From an uncultured Eudoraea sp. (GTDB lineage: Bacteria; Bacteroidota; Bacteroidia; Flavobacteriales; Flavobacteriaceae), in contig CAMYIE010000003.1 of assembly GCA_947258405.1 (NCBI GenBank), forward strand, positions 58,653 to 122,652: DNA of 64,000 nucleotides. The letters run 5' to 3'. The position numbers were made by a program, and so were the translations under genes. The notes under the pieces are model-generated. The model was not told where the DNA came from and did not search any database. It saw only the letters and a list, made by a program, of their open reading frames with translations. Positions 37,162-47,447 of this stretch are shown in pieces; the first letter of the stretch is position 1; each line of letters opens with the position of its first letter.

Positions 37162-38985
37162 TTAGTGCTGCATTTCCTCTTCATTATCCTGCAGCGGTAC
37201 GGTCTGAGGCACAAAATCCTGTCCTGGAATAATGTACTCTCCATTTTCGTATGTTTTGCTATAGTCATAACACCAACGGTGAACTTCCGGAATTGGGCCG
37301 TCCCAGTTTCCGTGGATATGTTTTACAGGAGCATCCCATTCGAGCGTAGTTGCCTTCCAGGGGTTTTGTGGTCCTTTCTTGCCATAGAAAATACTACTAA
37401 CAAAGTTATAGGCAAATACTAGTTGCGCACCCGCAGTAATGAGAGCGAAAACGGTCATCAATACCTGAATGTCGGTAAATTCATCGAACATCGGGAATGC
37501 TGTATTCTCATAATACCTTCTGGGTACACCAGCCATCCCGATAAAATGCATCGGGAAGAAAATCCCATAGGAGCCAACTGCCGTGATCCAGAAATGTATA
37601 TATCCAAGGTTCTTGTTCATCATTCTGCTCTGGAACATTTTTGGGAACCAGTGGTAGACTCCGGCAAACAAACCGTAGAGCGCCGAGATTCCCATTACCA
37701 GGTGGAAGTGGGCCACTACAAAATAGGTGTCGTGGACATTGATATCAAGAGTACTGTCTCCCAGAATAATTCCGGTTAGTCCACCTGTAATAAAGGTAGA
37801 CACCATCCCGATAGAAAATAACATTCCGGGATTCAATTGCAGATTTCCTTTCCATAGCGTCGTGATCCAGTTAAAGGCCTTTACGGCAGAAGGAATAGCA
37901 ATCAACAATGTTGTAAAGGTGAATACAGATCCAAGGAATGGGTTCATTCCGGAAACAAACATATGATGCCCCCAAACTATCGTAGAGAGGAAAGCAATAG
38001 CGAGTATGGATGCGATCATCGCCCTATATCCGAATACCGGTTTCCGGGCATTGACCGACAATACTTCAGAAACAATTCCCATGGCTGGCAAGATCACGAT
38101 ATATACTTCCGGGTGCCCAAGAAACCAAAATAGGTGCTCGAACAAAACTGGAGAGCCTCCCTGATAGTGTAAAACCTCTCCCTGGATAAATATATCTGAG
38201 AGAAAGAAAGAAGTTCCGAAACTACGGTCCATGATCAACAATAGCGCTGCGGATAATAGAACCGGGAATGAAATCACGCCTATGATAGCCGTTACAAAGA
38301 AGGCCCATATAGTAAGTGGCAACCTGGTCATCGACATTCCCTTGGTACGCAGGTTGAGTACTGTTACGATATAATTCAAAGATCCTAAAAGTGAAGACGC
38401 AATAAATATTGCCATGGAGACAAGCCATAAAGTCATTCCCATCCCTGAGCCTGGTTGTGCCAGGGGAAGCGCACTCAATGGCGGATAAATGGTCCATCCG
38501 GCTGCGGCAGGTCCTGCCTCTACAAACAATGAAATCACCATGATCACACTGGAAACAAAAAACATCCAGTACGACAACATATTAAGGAATCCGGAGGCCA
38601 TATCGCGAGCACCTATCTGCAATGGGATAAGGAGGTTACTAAAAGTTCCGCTTAATCCTGCGGTAAGTACAAAAAATACCATAATAGTACCGTGGATTGT
38701 CACCAAAGCGAGATAGACATCAGCGTCCATCACCCCATCGGGTGCCCATTTGCCCAGCAGAGTCTCGAATATCGGGAACGATTCCCCGGGCCAGGCCAGC
38801 TGCATTCTGAACAACAGGGACATCCCAATCCCGATCACGCCCATGATCAGACCTGTAATAAGGTACTGCTTGGAGATCATTTTGTGATCCTGACTAAAAA
38901 TATACTTTGTTACAAAAGTTTCCTTATGATGATGTCCATGATCGTGCGCGTGATCATCAACATGTGCATGAGCTGTTACAGACAT
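37162..38985 (-). CDS. ctaD: Cytochrome c oxidase subunit I (heme-copper oxidase)
   Basis: The 607-aa product has 12+ TM segments and canonical HCO signatures (WFFGHPEVYI-like FWFLGHPEVYIVILP, HHMF, HFHLVM). It has a His-rich N-terminus. Confidence 0.95.
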   Translation of the reverse strand: MSVTAHAHVDDHAHDHGHHHKETFVTKYIFSQDHKMISKQYLITGLIMGVIGIGMSLLFRMQLAWPGESFPIFETLLGKWAPDGVMDADVYLALVTIHGTIMVFFVLTAGLSGTFSNLLIPLQIGARDMASGFLNMLSYWMFFVSSVIMVISLFVEAGPAAAGWTIYPPLSALPLAQPGSGMGMTLWLVSMAIFIASSLLGSLNYIVTVLNLRTKGMSMTRLPLTIWAFFVTAIIGVISFPVLLSAALLLIMDRSFGTSFFLSDIFIQGEVLHYQGGSPVLFEHLFWFLGHPEVYIVILPAMGIVSEVLSVNARKPVFGYRAMIASILAIAFLSTIVWGHHMFVSGMNPFLGSVFTFTTLLIAIPSAVKAFNWITTLWKGNLQLNPGMLFSIGMVSTFITGGLTGIILGDSTLDINVHDTYFVVAHFHLVMGISALYGLFAGVYHWFPKMFQSRMMNKNLGYIHFWITAVGSYGIFFPMHFIGMAGVPRRYYENTAFPMFDEFTDIQVLMTVFALITAGAQLVFAYNFVSSIFYGKKGPQNPWKATTLEWDAPVKHIHGNWDGPIPEVHRWCYDYSKTYENGEYIIPGQDFVPQTVPLQDNEEEMQH

Positions 38986-39026
38986 AATCTAATTGTTATA
39001 TTATTTTCTTTTTTATAGCCTTATTT

Positions 39027-40085
39027 TTATTGAACCGAAGCCAATGTCTCTTTAAAAGACGGTTGAGTCGCCATCCAGGCGTTATACTCATCTTCGGTTT
39101 CAACGATAATCTTCAGTTGCATGTTATAGTGCGATTTCCCACAGATCTTATTACACAACAAAACATAGTCAAATTCCCATGGATCTGAGTTTGCTTCTCC
39201 CTTCAGGGCTCTTTCAGCCCTTATAGCATTGGTCCTCTTGACCTTGTCTACCACATCAGGATTTTGCCTCATCTGTGCTGTGGTAATCGTTGGTGTAAAC
39301 GAAAACTCGGTAATCATCCCCGGAACGCAGTTCATCTGTGCCCTGAAATGGGGCATATAAGCAGAGTGCAGTACATCCTGAGATCTCATTTTAAAATTAA
39401 CCTTTCTACCCACTGGCAGGTGAAGTTCCTTTACTATGATATCATCTGCAGAATTAGGATCCGATTCATCCAGGCCGAGTACATTCGCCCTGTTTATATC
39501 GATCATCCTCACATTAGCCTCTCCCAGAACATTATCGGGACCACCATATCTGGCTGTCCAGTTAAATTGCTGAGCATATAATTCCACGATCAGCGGATCA
39601 TCGTCTTCATTAATATCCATTATATTGGTCCATGTATAAAGTCCCCAAAGAATTAGGCCTGCCAACACAATCACCGGAATGATGGTCCAAATGAATTCGA
39701 GTCTGTCATTATCGGCAAAGAAAAGGGCTTTTTTTCCTTTTTCTCCTTTGTACTTATAACCATAGTAGTGAAGTAAGAACTGGGTTATCGTTTGCACAAT
39801 AAATATAATAACGAAAGAAATGAGCATGAGATAGTCGTAATCTGCACCGTGCTCAGAAGCCGCTTCCGGCAATAAGAATTTCGAATATTTTACAAAACTG
39901 AAAATAGTAATGGCATAGATAAAGATCAGGAAGGCCATCATCAGATAACCATTGTACCGGTTATCCTTATCACTGGCTACCTGGGCTGTATCTGCCTTAA
40001 CCTGCGACAATTCGAATATCTTGGTCATCTGCCAAATCGCAATTGCCACAAATACTAAAACAGCTAAGATCAAGAATGTAGTCAT
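39027..40085 (-). CDS. Cytochrome c oxidase subunit II
   Basis: The 352-aa product has N-terminal TM helices and a cupredoxin domain with DVLHSAYMPHF and a CuA-like CNKICGKSHYNM. No C-terminal CxxCH domain is seen. Confidence 0.9.
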   Translation of the reverse strand: MTTFLILAVLVFVAIAIWQMTKIFELSQVKADTAQVASDKDNRYNGYLMMAFLIFIYAITIFSFVKYSKFLLPEAASEHGADYDYLMLISFVIIFIVQTITQFLLHYYGYKYKGEKGKKALFFADNDRLEFIWTIIPVIVLAGLILWGLYTWTNIMDINEDDDPLIVELYAQQFNWTARYGGPDNVLGEANVRMIDINRANVLGLDESDPNSADDIIVKELHLPVGRKVNFKMRSQDVLHSAYMPHFRAQMNCVPGMITEFSFTPTITTAQMRQNPDVVDKVKRTNAIRAERALKGEANSDPWEFDYVLLCNKICGKSHYNMQLKIIVETEDEYNAWMATQPSFKETLASVQ

Positions 40086-40104
40086 TTTTCGAACTTAATA
40101 CACA

Positions 40105-41421
40105 TTAATAATGAAACTGTCTGCTTTCTTCAACGAATGGATTTCTTGTTGGTTGCAGCGGAGCCTTGGTTAGAGCTCTAAACACCCAGAAAATAAACAA
40201 TCCTGCAAAGAATAAGAACGCCCCTATTTCGGGTAAACCGATATACCATTGGTCGCCCACGGTTGCTGGGGTGATCATATTATATACATCCAGGTAATGC
40301 CCTGCAAGAATAACCATTCCGGTCATAATTACAAACCAATTAACACGTTTGTAATCGCTGTTCATCAAAACCAGCACAGGAAATATAAAGTTAAGGGCTA
40401 CCATGCCAAAGAATGGCAGTCTAAAATCTTCTATCCTGGTCACAAAATAAGTAACCTCTTCGGGTATATTGGCATACCAGATGAGCATAAACTGGCCGAA
40501 CCAAAGATAGGTCCAGAATATGCTAAACCCGAACATATACTTAGCCAAATCGTGAATATGACTATCGTTAACATCGGGAAGGTATCCTTTAGATTTTAAA
40601 TAGATCGCTATCATAGAGATTACCGTAATACCGGAAACGACCATACTGGCAAATACATACCAGCCGAACAGCGTACTGAACCAGTGAGGATCAACACTCA
40701 TGATCCAATCCCATGACATAATGGATTCGGTGATCAAATAGAAAACAAGGAAGCCCGCAGACCACTTAAAATTCTTTTTAAAATTGGAATTATCATCTGC
40801 GTTATCCTGCGCAATACTCAATCTTCTGGACACTTCTCTGTAAAGGATCCAACCTCCCAGGAAAATAGCAGCTCTAATCAGGAAGAAAGAAACATTGAGG
40901 TATCCTGCTTTACCCTGTAATAATTTGTCGTGGGCCACTACATCGGCATCCATCCATGGGAAAATATGGTTAAAATGCATTACTGAAAGCACAAAAAAGA
41001 CAAATAGAATAATTCCCCCTGGAACAATATAAGCTGTTATTCCTTCCATAACCCGGAAGAGCATAGGAGACCATCCTGCCTGTGCTGCCCTTTGAATAGC
41101 ATAAAAGGCCAGAACCCCTAATGCGATCATAAAAAAGAAAAATGCCGCAACATAGAATGCAGACCATGGTCGGTTTTGCAATTGGTGTAGTAGGTGCTCT
41201 CCGTGATCAGCGCCATGGTCGTCGGCTACATGTGCCGTATCGGAATGCGCAGCAACCGCACCATGTGAATCACCGCCGTGATCATCTCCATGGGCAGCCA
41301 CCATAGTCTGGGCTTCTTCGACTGTAGACGGGGCCGAAATGAATCCAACTCCCATTCCTAACAATCCAAGGGCCATCAGGATAATGGAGCCGATTTTTAA
41401 CCTATTTGAAAACGTGTACAT
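40105..41421 (-). CDS. actF: Alternative complex III (quinol:cytochrome c oxidoreductase) membrane subunit ActF
   Basis: The 438-aa polytopic NrfD-like protein occupies the last position of the act cluster. It has a His/Asp-rich loop after TM1. Confidence 0.8.
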   Translation of the reverse strand: MYTFSNRLKIGSIILMALGLLGMGVGFISAPSTVEEAQTMVAAHGDDHGGDSHGAVAAHSDTAHVADDHGADHGEHLLHQLQNRPWSAFYVAAFFFFMIALGVLAFYAIQRAAQAGWSPMLFRVMEGITAYIVPGGIILFVFFVLSVMHFNHIFPWMDADVVAHDKLLQGKAGYLNVSFFLIRAAIFLGGWILYREVSRRLSIAQDNADDNSNFKKNFKWSAGFLVFYLITESIMSWDWIMSVDPHWFSTLFGWYVFASMVVSGITVISMIAIYLKSKGYLPDVNDSHIHDLAKYMFGFSIFWTYLWFGQFMLIWYANIPEEVTYFVTRIEDFRLPFFGMVALNFIFPVLVLMNSDYKRVNWFVIMTGMVILAGHYLDVYNMITPATVGDQWYIGLPEIGAFLFFAGLFIFWVFRALTKAPLQPTRNPFVEESRQFHY

Positions 41422-41437
41422 ATTCTTTAACTACGTA

Positions 41438-41998
41438 TTAGTTTGATAAGTCTTCTTTGAGTTTCATCACGTATTCAGAAACCTGCCACCTTTCTTCATA
41501 ATTCAACTGTCCGGCATAGGAACCCATAGAATTTAATCCGTAATAGATTACATGATAGGTACTACCCACATTAATATTTCTCGCGGCATCAGCATAACTG
41601 GGCACGCCCAGTATCTTTTCGCGTTTTACGAGTTGTCCCTGACCTTTTCCCTGATTGCCGTGACAGATGGCGCAGTAAATCTCGTAGAGTTCTTTTCCTT
41701 TAGTCAGATTGGCTTCAGAGCTTAAAGAGTCCAGCGGACTTTCAAGGGTACGGGATAGTTCTTTACCTTCCATATCATTGGCAAACTCATAAGGCAACCA
41801 ACCTCTCGAAATAGTGTTTTTGGGCGGAGTCATTGCTTCAGTTCCAGCTGGAAGGAATCCTACTTCCTGGTATGTTTCGTAACCAACAGGCTCGTACATA
41901 TTAGGCATGTACTGGTAGTTGGGCCTGCTCGAATCAGCACAACTGTTCACCAGCGCCATCGTGGCTATGAGTAAAAATGTTGTCGTTAGCCTTTTCAT
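41438..41998 (-). CDS. actE: Alternative complex III monoheme cytochrome c lipoprotein ActE
   Basis: The 186-aa product has the lipobox LVNSC and a single CAICH heme motif. Confidence 0.8.
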   Translation of the reverse strand: MKRLTTTFLLIATMALVNSCADSSRPNYQYMPNMYEPVGYETYQEVGFLPAGTEAMTPPKNTISRGWLPYEFANDMEGKELSRTLESPLDSLSSEANLTKGKELYEIYCAICHGNQGKGQGQLVKREKILGVPSYADAARNINVGSTYHVIYYGLNSMGSYAGQLNYEERWQVSEYVMKLKEDLSN

Positions 41999-42526
41999 CT
42001 AGTGGCTCGTTTTAATTATGTTAAGTTCAACCGCTCCGGTATCCAATAACAATTCTTTCAATTCTGATTCATTATCGTGCACCTCAATCTCCATCACAAA
42101 ATGGTCGTCGGTGGTACGGATATCAGGGTTTTCTGCTTCCTTAAAGGGCCATAATTTTGACCTCAGATAAAAGGTGATCACCATCAGGTGTGCTGCAAAA
42201 AATACGGTCATTTCGAACATGATCGGAACAAATGCCGGCATGTTTTCGATATAGCTAAAACTTGGTTTACCCCCAATGTCCATAGGCCAGTCCGTAATCA
42301 TGATATAATTCATCATGACTATCGAAACAGCAAGACCCAAAACACCATACATAAATGATGTAATGGCTATACGGGTCGGGGCCAATCCCATTGCTTTATC
42401 CAAACCGTGAACCGGGAAAGGGCAATACACCTCTTCAATATGGTGTTTAGCCTCCTTGATCCTTTTGACGGCATGCATCAGAACATCATCATCATTGTAA
42501 TATGCGTGAATAACAGTAGCTGCCAT
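41999..42526 (-). CDS. actD: Alternative complex III membrane subunit ActD (DUF3341)
   Basis: The 175-aa product has two central TM helices. The gene abuts actE (its stop is adjacent to the next start) and starts 2 nt after the actC stop. Confidence 0.8.
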   Translation of the reverse strand: MAATVIHAYYNDDDVLMHAVKRIKEAKHHIEEVYCPFPVHGLDKAMGLAPTRIAITSFMYGVLGLAVSIVMMNYIMITDWPMDIGGKPSFSYIENMPAFVPIMFEMTVFFAAHLMVITFYLRSKLWPFKEAENPDIRTTDDHFVMEIEVHDNESELKELLLDTGAVELNIIKTSH

Positions 42527-42528
42527 AA

Positions 42529-44265
42529 TTACTTATCCCTGTTTAACAATAATTGCGCCTGCCCAGCCCAGTCGTCTCTTTGGGCTCTGCCAGGGAATGC
42601 CCCTGTTAGCGTATCGAGCAGATCATATTCCATTTGAGTCATTTTACTCACTTGCAAGAAGCTGAAAATGCCTAGTTTGTTGAGTGTCTTTTCCATTAAG
42701 GGACCAATACCCTTAACTTTTTTTAGGTCGTCTGGATTTTCATTTTCAGTATCGAAGGAACCGATAGAATCCAGGAGGTTTACGGCTATAGTAGGTTGAC
42801 CTGCCACAGCAGTTTCCTCTTCTTCACTTTTAATATAAGTTTCCCTTACAATTCCATTTTTACTAATAGAATATAGTGGTTTCCCTTCATCTCTGAGCTT
42901 TTTATATCGTTCTCCCGAAGACTTGAGTATAGATTTCACCTCTGCCTGGGCGATCACAGGGAAGGTACGTGCATACAATAAGAAAAGTACAAAGAAGAAT
43001 CCTATAGTGCCTATAAATATTCCTATATCCACAAATGTGGGAGAGAACATTGTCCATGACGAGGGCAGATAGTCGCGGTGAAGCGAGGTAACTATGATCA
43101 CAAATCGCTCAAACCACATTCCCACATTCACCACGATTGAGATCACGAAGGATACCATGATACTGGTACGGATTTTCTTGAACCACATGATCTGAGGTGA
43201 GAGTACGTTACACGACATCATCAATAAATATGCCCACCAGTATGGTCCTGTTGCCCTGTTCAAAAAGGCGTATTGCTCGTATTCAACTCCTGAATACCAG
43301 GCGATAAACAACTCCGTAATATAGGCACACCCAACAATCGATCCCGTGATCATAATCACAATGTTCATCAGTTCGATATGCTGTACGGTAATGTACGCTT
43401 CCAGGTTACATACCTTTCGCATGATCAGCAAAAGGGTTTGTACCATGGCAAATCCGGAAAAGATCGCACCGGCAACAAAATAAGGCGGGAAGATCGTGGT
43501 ATGCCAGCCGGGGATAACAGATGTGGCAAAGTCGAAAGATACGATGGTGTGAACCGAAAGTACAAGTGGTGTTGCAAGCCCGGCCAAAACAAGGGACACC
43601 TCTTCAAATCTCTGCCAGTCTTTGGCACGTCCTGTCCAGCCAAAACTTACAAGGCTGTATATTTTTTTCTGAAACGGTTTTACGGCCCGGTCTCTTATCA
43701 TCCCGAAATCGGGCAACAAGCCAGTCCACCAAAACACCAGGGATACTGAAAGATAGGTTGATATGGCAAATACATCCCAGAGTAGAGGGGAGTTAAAATT
43801 CACCCAGAGCGATCCAAACTGATTCGGAATAGGAACCACCCAATAGGCAAGCCAGGGGCGTCCCATGTGTATTATCGGAAATAGTCCGGCCTGGATTACC
43901 GAAAAGATCGTCATCGCCTCAGCAGAGCGGTTGATGGCCATTCTCCACTTCTGTCTGAAGAGCAGCAATACTGCGGAAATTAAAGTTCCGGCATGACCAA
44001 TACCCACCCACCATACAAAGTTGGTGATATCCCAGGCCCAGTTAACCGTTTTGTTTAATCCCCAGGTACCGATACCTGTTGAAATAGTATAGACTATAGC
44101 ACCGATACCCCACAGGAGTGCAGCAAGGGCGATGGAAAATACAATCCACCAATGCCTGTTGGCACGGCCCTCAACGGGTGCAGCAATGTCTACTGATACG
44201 TCGTGGTAGCCTTTGTCTCCAAGGACCAGTGGTTTCCGAATTGGTGCTTCGTAATGCGACGCCAT
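42529..44265 (-). CDS. actC: Alternative complex III quinol-binding NrfD/PsrC-like subunit ActC, with a C-terminal soluble extension of about 138 aa
   Basis: The 578-aa product has an NrfD-like polytopic core ending near ...ARTFPVIAQAEVK. An acidic linker and a helix-hairpin-helix-like tail follow (DDLKKVKGIGPLMEKTLNKLGIFSFLQV...GRAQRDDWAGQAQLL). Confidence 0.85.
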   Translation of the reverse strand: MASHYEAPIRKPLVLGDKGYHDVSVDIAAPVEGRANRHWWIVFSIALAALLWGIGAIVYTISTGIGTWGLNKTVNWAWDITNFVWWVGIGHAGTLISAVLLLFRQKWRMAINRSAEAMTIFSVIQAGLFPIIHMGRPWLAYWVVPIPNQFGSLWVNFNSPLLWDVFAISTYLSVSLVFWWTGLLPDFGMIRDRAVKPFQKKIYSLVSFGWTGRAKDWQRFEEVSLVLAGLATPLVLSVHTIVSFDFATSVIPGWHTTIFPPYFVAGAIFSGFAMVQTLLLIMRKVCNLEAYITVQHIELMNIVIMITGSIVGCAYITELFIAWYSGVEYEQYAFLNRATGPYWWAYLLMMSCNVLSPQIMWFKKIRTSIMVSFVISIVVNVGMWFERFVIIVTSLHRDYLPSSWTMFSPTFVDIGIFIGTIGFFFVLFLLYARTFPVIAQAEVKSILKSSGERYKKLRDEGKPLYSISKNGIVRETYIKSEEEETAVAGQPTIAVNLLDSIGSFDTENENPDDLKKVKGIGPLMEKTLNKLGIFSFLQVSKMTQMEYDLLDTLTGAFPGRAQRDDWAGQAQLLLNRDK

Positions 44266-44297
44266 AAATCTCTGTTATAGTTTCGTTTTATTCTTTT

Positions 44298-47200
44298 TTA
44301 CGCTTCGTTTGTATTTCTCACTTTCACATGATAAAAGACATTGGGCTTGGTACCCACACTCTCCAATAAATGATACATACGATCGCTTTCTTTAAGCTCA
44401 GACACCTTGCTTTCACCGTCATTGATATCTCCAAATACAATTGCTCCGTTGTTACAAGCCGCGGAACAAGCGGTCTGAAATTCCCCGTCCTTAATCATTC
44501 TGCCATCTCGTTTGGCATCTAGGATTGTTTTCTGGGTTTTTTGTATACATAACGAACATTTCTCGATGACCCCGCGCGACCGTACGGTTACATCAGGATT
44601 GAGCACCATTTTACCCAGATCGTTATTCATATGGAAATCGAACTCATCGTTATTATTGTACAGGAACCAGTTAAACCGTCGTACTTTATAAGGACAGTTG
44701 TTTGCGCAATACCTGGTTCCAACGCATCTGTTATAGGCCATATGATTCTGTCCCTGCCGACTATGGGAAGTGGCTGCTACCGGACATACAGTCTCACATG
44801 GGGCATGGTTACAATGCTGGCACATAACAGGTTGAAAAGCCACCTGCGGATTTGTTGCCGCCTGTTCCATCTGTTCGAATCCGGTTTTGGATTCAAAAGC
44901 CCCTGAAAACTCGTCTTTCTTGATATTATCCTGTTCGAAAGTATCTTCTGAGGAATAATACCGGTCTATTCTTAACCAATGCATGTCGCGAGAGCGCCTT
45001 ACTTCAGTTTTCCCTACAACAGGTATATTGTTTTCTGCATTACAGGCCATAACACAAGCACCACAACCGGTACAGGCATTAAGGTCGATAGACATATTGA
45101 AATGATGCCCGATTGACCTGTCGAAAGAATCCCAGAGGTCTACCGTTGTTGCGGGAACTTCCTGGTGATTAAGCGACACATGGACAATGCTGTTCCACTC
45201 AGCTGCATCCTTTGTGTTAAAAACCTCAAGGGTAGTTTCCTTGATGATATCACCCCTGCCCATCAGGGTATTATGTAGTTGTATACAGGCAAATTCGTGC
45301 ATGCCTCCAACTTTCTCAAGACTGGCATTCTGATTGGCCTGGAAGTTTTTGTATACCGAATAAGCGTTGATCCCGGTCTTCATTTCCGACTTCATTCCAA
45401 CTTCTCTGCCGTAGCCCAAGGAAAGACCAATACTACCTTGCGCCTGTCCGGGTTGTATGATAACCGGAACATTTTGCAATGTGGTATCCCCAACGGTGAT
45501 ATTCACATAACTACCATCAAGTCCACCGTTCGCTACATTCTCATTTACCAGTCCCCATGAATTCGCATCGGCTTTGGAAACGGTAAGATAGTTGTCCCAG
45601 GTGACTCTGGTAATAGGATCGGGGAATTCTTGTAACCATGGGTTGCCGGCCTGTTGTCCATCACCCATGCCTGTTTTTGAATACAGGGTCAGTTCCACTT
45701 CAGATTCTTCTGCCGACGCCAAATTCTTTATGGCGTTTGTAAGAGGTGCAATAGAAGGTCCGGCCTCGGTAGCTATTTCCTGGTTGGAAACAACCTGATC
45801 TGCAGGAGCAGATTCATCCAGAGAGGCCGAGCGGAATACTCCGTCGTGAAGGGCCTGATTCCAGGATGCGCCATTAAGAATCTGCGTATCCCAGGTTTCT
45901 CTTACAAAATCGTAATATGCTTTGTCGCTGCCTAGCCAAAGCAAGGCGGCGTGTTGAAATTGTCGGGTATCAAAGAGCTCTTTGATGGTAGGCTGCATAA
46001 GGCTAAAATGGCCTTTTTGGAACTCAGCATCACCCCATGATTCAAGATAATGATTGGCCGATGCTGTATATTGCACCGCCTGGGTAGTTTCGGTCCAATT
46101 CGTTGAAAATGCGACTGAGAGACCTACCTTTTCCAATCCTGTTACAAATTCCGCAGAATTTGGTAAGGTAAAAACAGGATTCACGCCATCCATGATCAAA
46201 GCACCCACCTTGCCGCTATTCATATCGGTGATGAGTTGCGCTAAAGCTTTGTTGTTTCCCTTTCTAACAAATCGAGGGGAAGTGGGATCAAAGGCTTCGC
46301 TATTAAGCATTTCGTTTATAGCCAAAACCACATTTTGTGCATCTTCATCATCCAGGCCGGAAACTACTACAGCTTTGCCTCCAGCTTTTTTTATTTCCTG
46401 GGCTATGCTTTCGAGCGCTTGTAATGTACTTTCATCGAGGCCTGTGCTTACATTGCTGTTGTTCAGCATGCCATAAAGGCTGGCTAAAGCCTTCTTTTGA
46501 GCACTCGGTTTTAGCGGGATACGCTTATCTGCATTGGCACCGGTGAGTGATAGATTAGCCTCCAATTGTACGTGTCTCGACATCTTTCCTTCTACCGGAA
46601 CCCTGCCTTTTGAATAACCTGAATCGAATCCGCCTCCCTGCCAGTCGGCCAGAATATCGGCGCCAAATGAAACGATGAGATCGGCCTTGTCGAAGTGGTA
46701 GTTAGCCAGAGCTCTTTCCCCGTATTTACTTTCAAAGGCATTGAGCGCTGCATCCTCGGAAATAGCATCATAAGCAATATGCACAAATCCTGGATAAGCA
46801 GCCTTATACTCTTCCATCAGCCTCTCGGTTGAAGGACTTGCATAGGTCTGGGTAAGGAATACCAGCTGTTGGTTTGAATTTTCCAATGTTGTCAGCTTGG
46901 CTTTCACCGCTGCATCCAAGACGTCCCAATCTATTGGTTCTCCATTGAATAATGGCCCTTGTAACCTTGTACTATCGTAAAGTGAAAGGACAGAGGCCTG
47001 TACTCTGGCATTGGCACCTCCCAATACATGGGCTTCTTTATTATTTTCTAATTTTATCGGCCGCCCTTCTCTGGTTTTAATAAGTACACTGGCAAAATCA
47101 AAGCCATTCGCTATGGTTGTTGCATAATAGTTAGCAACACCTGGTATAATTTGCTCCGGTTTAACTACATATGGAATAGAGCGCCTTACAGGGCCCTCAC

Positions 47201-47414
47201 ACGCAGCCAAAGAGGCCGCAGCCGTACTAAACCCGACGTATTTCAGGAAGTCCCTTCTACTGGTTGAGCTATCTGACAGATTGTTCTTATCACCAAGAAA
47301 TTCATCTACCGGGATCTCTTCGGGAAATTCGTTTTGCCTAAGCGTCTCAACAATGGAATCGTTGGGATTTAACTCCGCTTCGTTTTTCCAATATTTTTTG
47401 TTTGATGCCATCAA
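44298..47414 (-). CDS. actB: Alternative complex III molybdopterin-oxidoreductase-like / Fe-S subunit ActB
   Basis: The 1038-aa product has the Tat motif SRRDFLKYVGFSTAAASLAAC and a C-terminal ferredoxin-type module (CTGCGACVMACNAENN, CQHCNHAPCETVCPV, CVGTRYCANNCPYKVRRFN). Confidence 0.9.
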   Translation of the reverse strand: MMASNKKYWKNEAELNPNDSIVETLRQNEFPEEIPVDEFLGDKNNLSDSSTSRRDFLKYVGFSTAAASLAACEGPVRRSIPYVVKPEQIIPGVANYYATTIANGFDFASVLIKTREGRPIKLENNKEAHVLGGANARVQASVLSLYDSTRLQGPLFNGEPIDWDVLDAAVKAKLTTLENSNQQLVFLTQTYASPSTERLMEEYKAAYPGFVHIAYDAISEDAALNAFESKYGERALANYHFDKADLIVSFGADILADWQGGGFDSGYSKGRVPVEGKMSRHVQLEANLSLTGANADKRIPLKPSAQKKALASLYGMLNNSNVSTGLDESTLQALESIAQEIKKAGGKAVVVSGLDDEDAQNVVLAINEMLNSEAFDPTSPRFVRKGNNKALAQLITDMNSGKVGALIMDGVNPVFTLPNSAEFVTGLEKVGLSVAFSTNWTETTQAVQYTASANHYLESWGDAEFQKGHFSLMQPTIKELFDTRQFQHAALLWLGSDKAYYDFVRETWDTQILNGASWNQALHDGVFRSASLDESAPADQVVSNQEIATEAGPSIAPLTNAIKNLASAEESEVELTLYSKTGMGDGQQAGNPWLQEFPDPITRVTWDNYLTVSKADANSWGLVNENVANGGLDGSYVNITVGDTTLQNVPVIIQPGQAQGSIGLSLGYGREVGMKSEMKTGINAYSVYKNFQANQNASLEKVGGMHEFACIQLHNTLMGRGDIIKETTLEVFNTKDAAEWNSIVHVSLNHQEVPATTVDLWDSFDRSIGHHFNMSIDLNACTGCGACVMACNAENNIPVVGKTEVRRSRDMHWLRIDRYYSSEDTFEQDNIKKDEFSGAFESKTGFEQMEQAATNPQVAFQPVMCQHCNHAPCETVCPVAATSHSRQGQNHMAYNRCVGTRYCANNCPYKVRRFNWFLYNNNDEFDFHMNNDLGKMVLNPDVTVRSRGVIEKCSLCIQKTQKTILDAKRDGRMIKDGEFQTACSAACNNGAIVFGDINDGESKVSELKESDRMYHLLESVGTKPNVFYHVKVRNTNEA

Positions 47415-47447
47415 ATATTCCTAATAATTAGCTGCTTTAAACATTTA

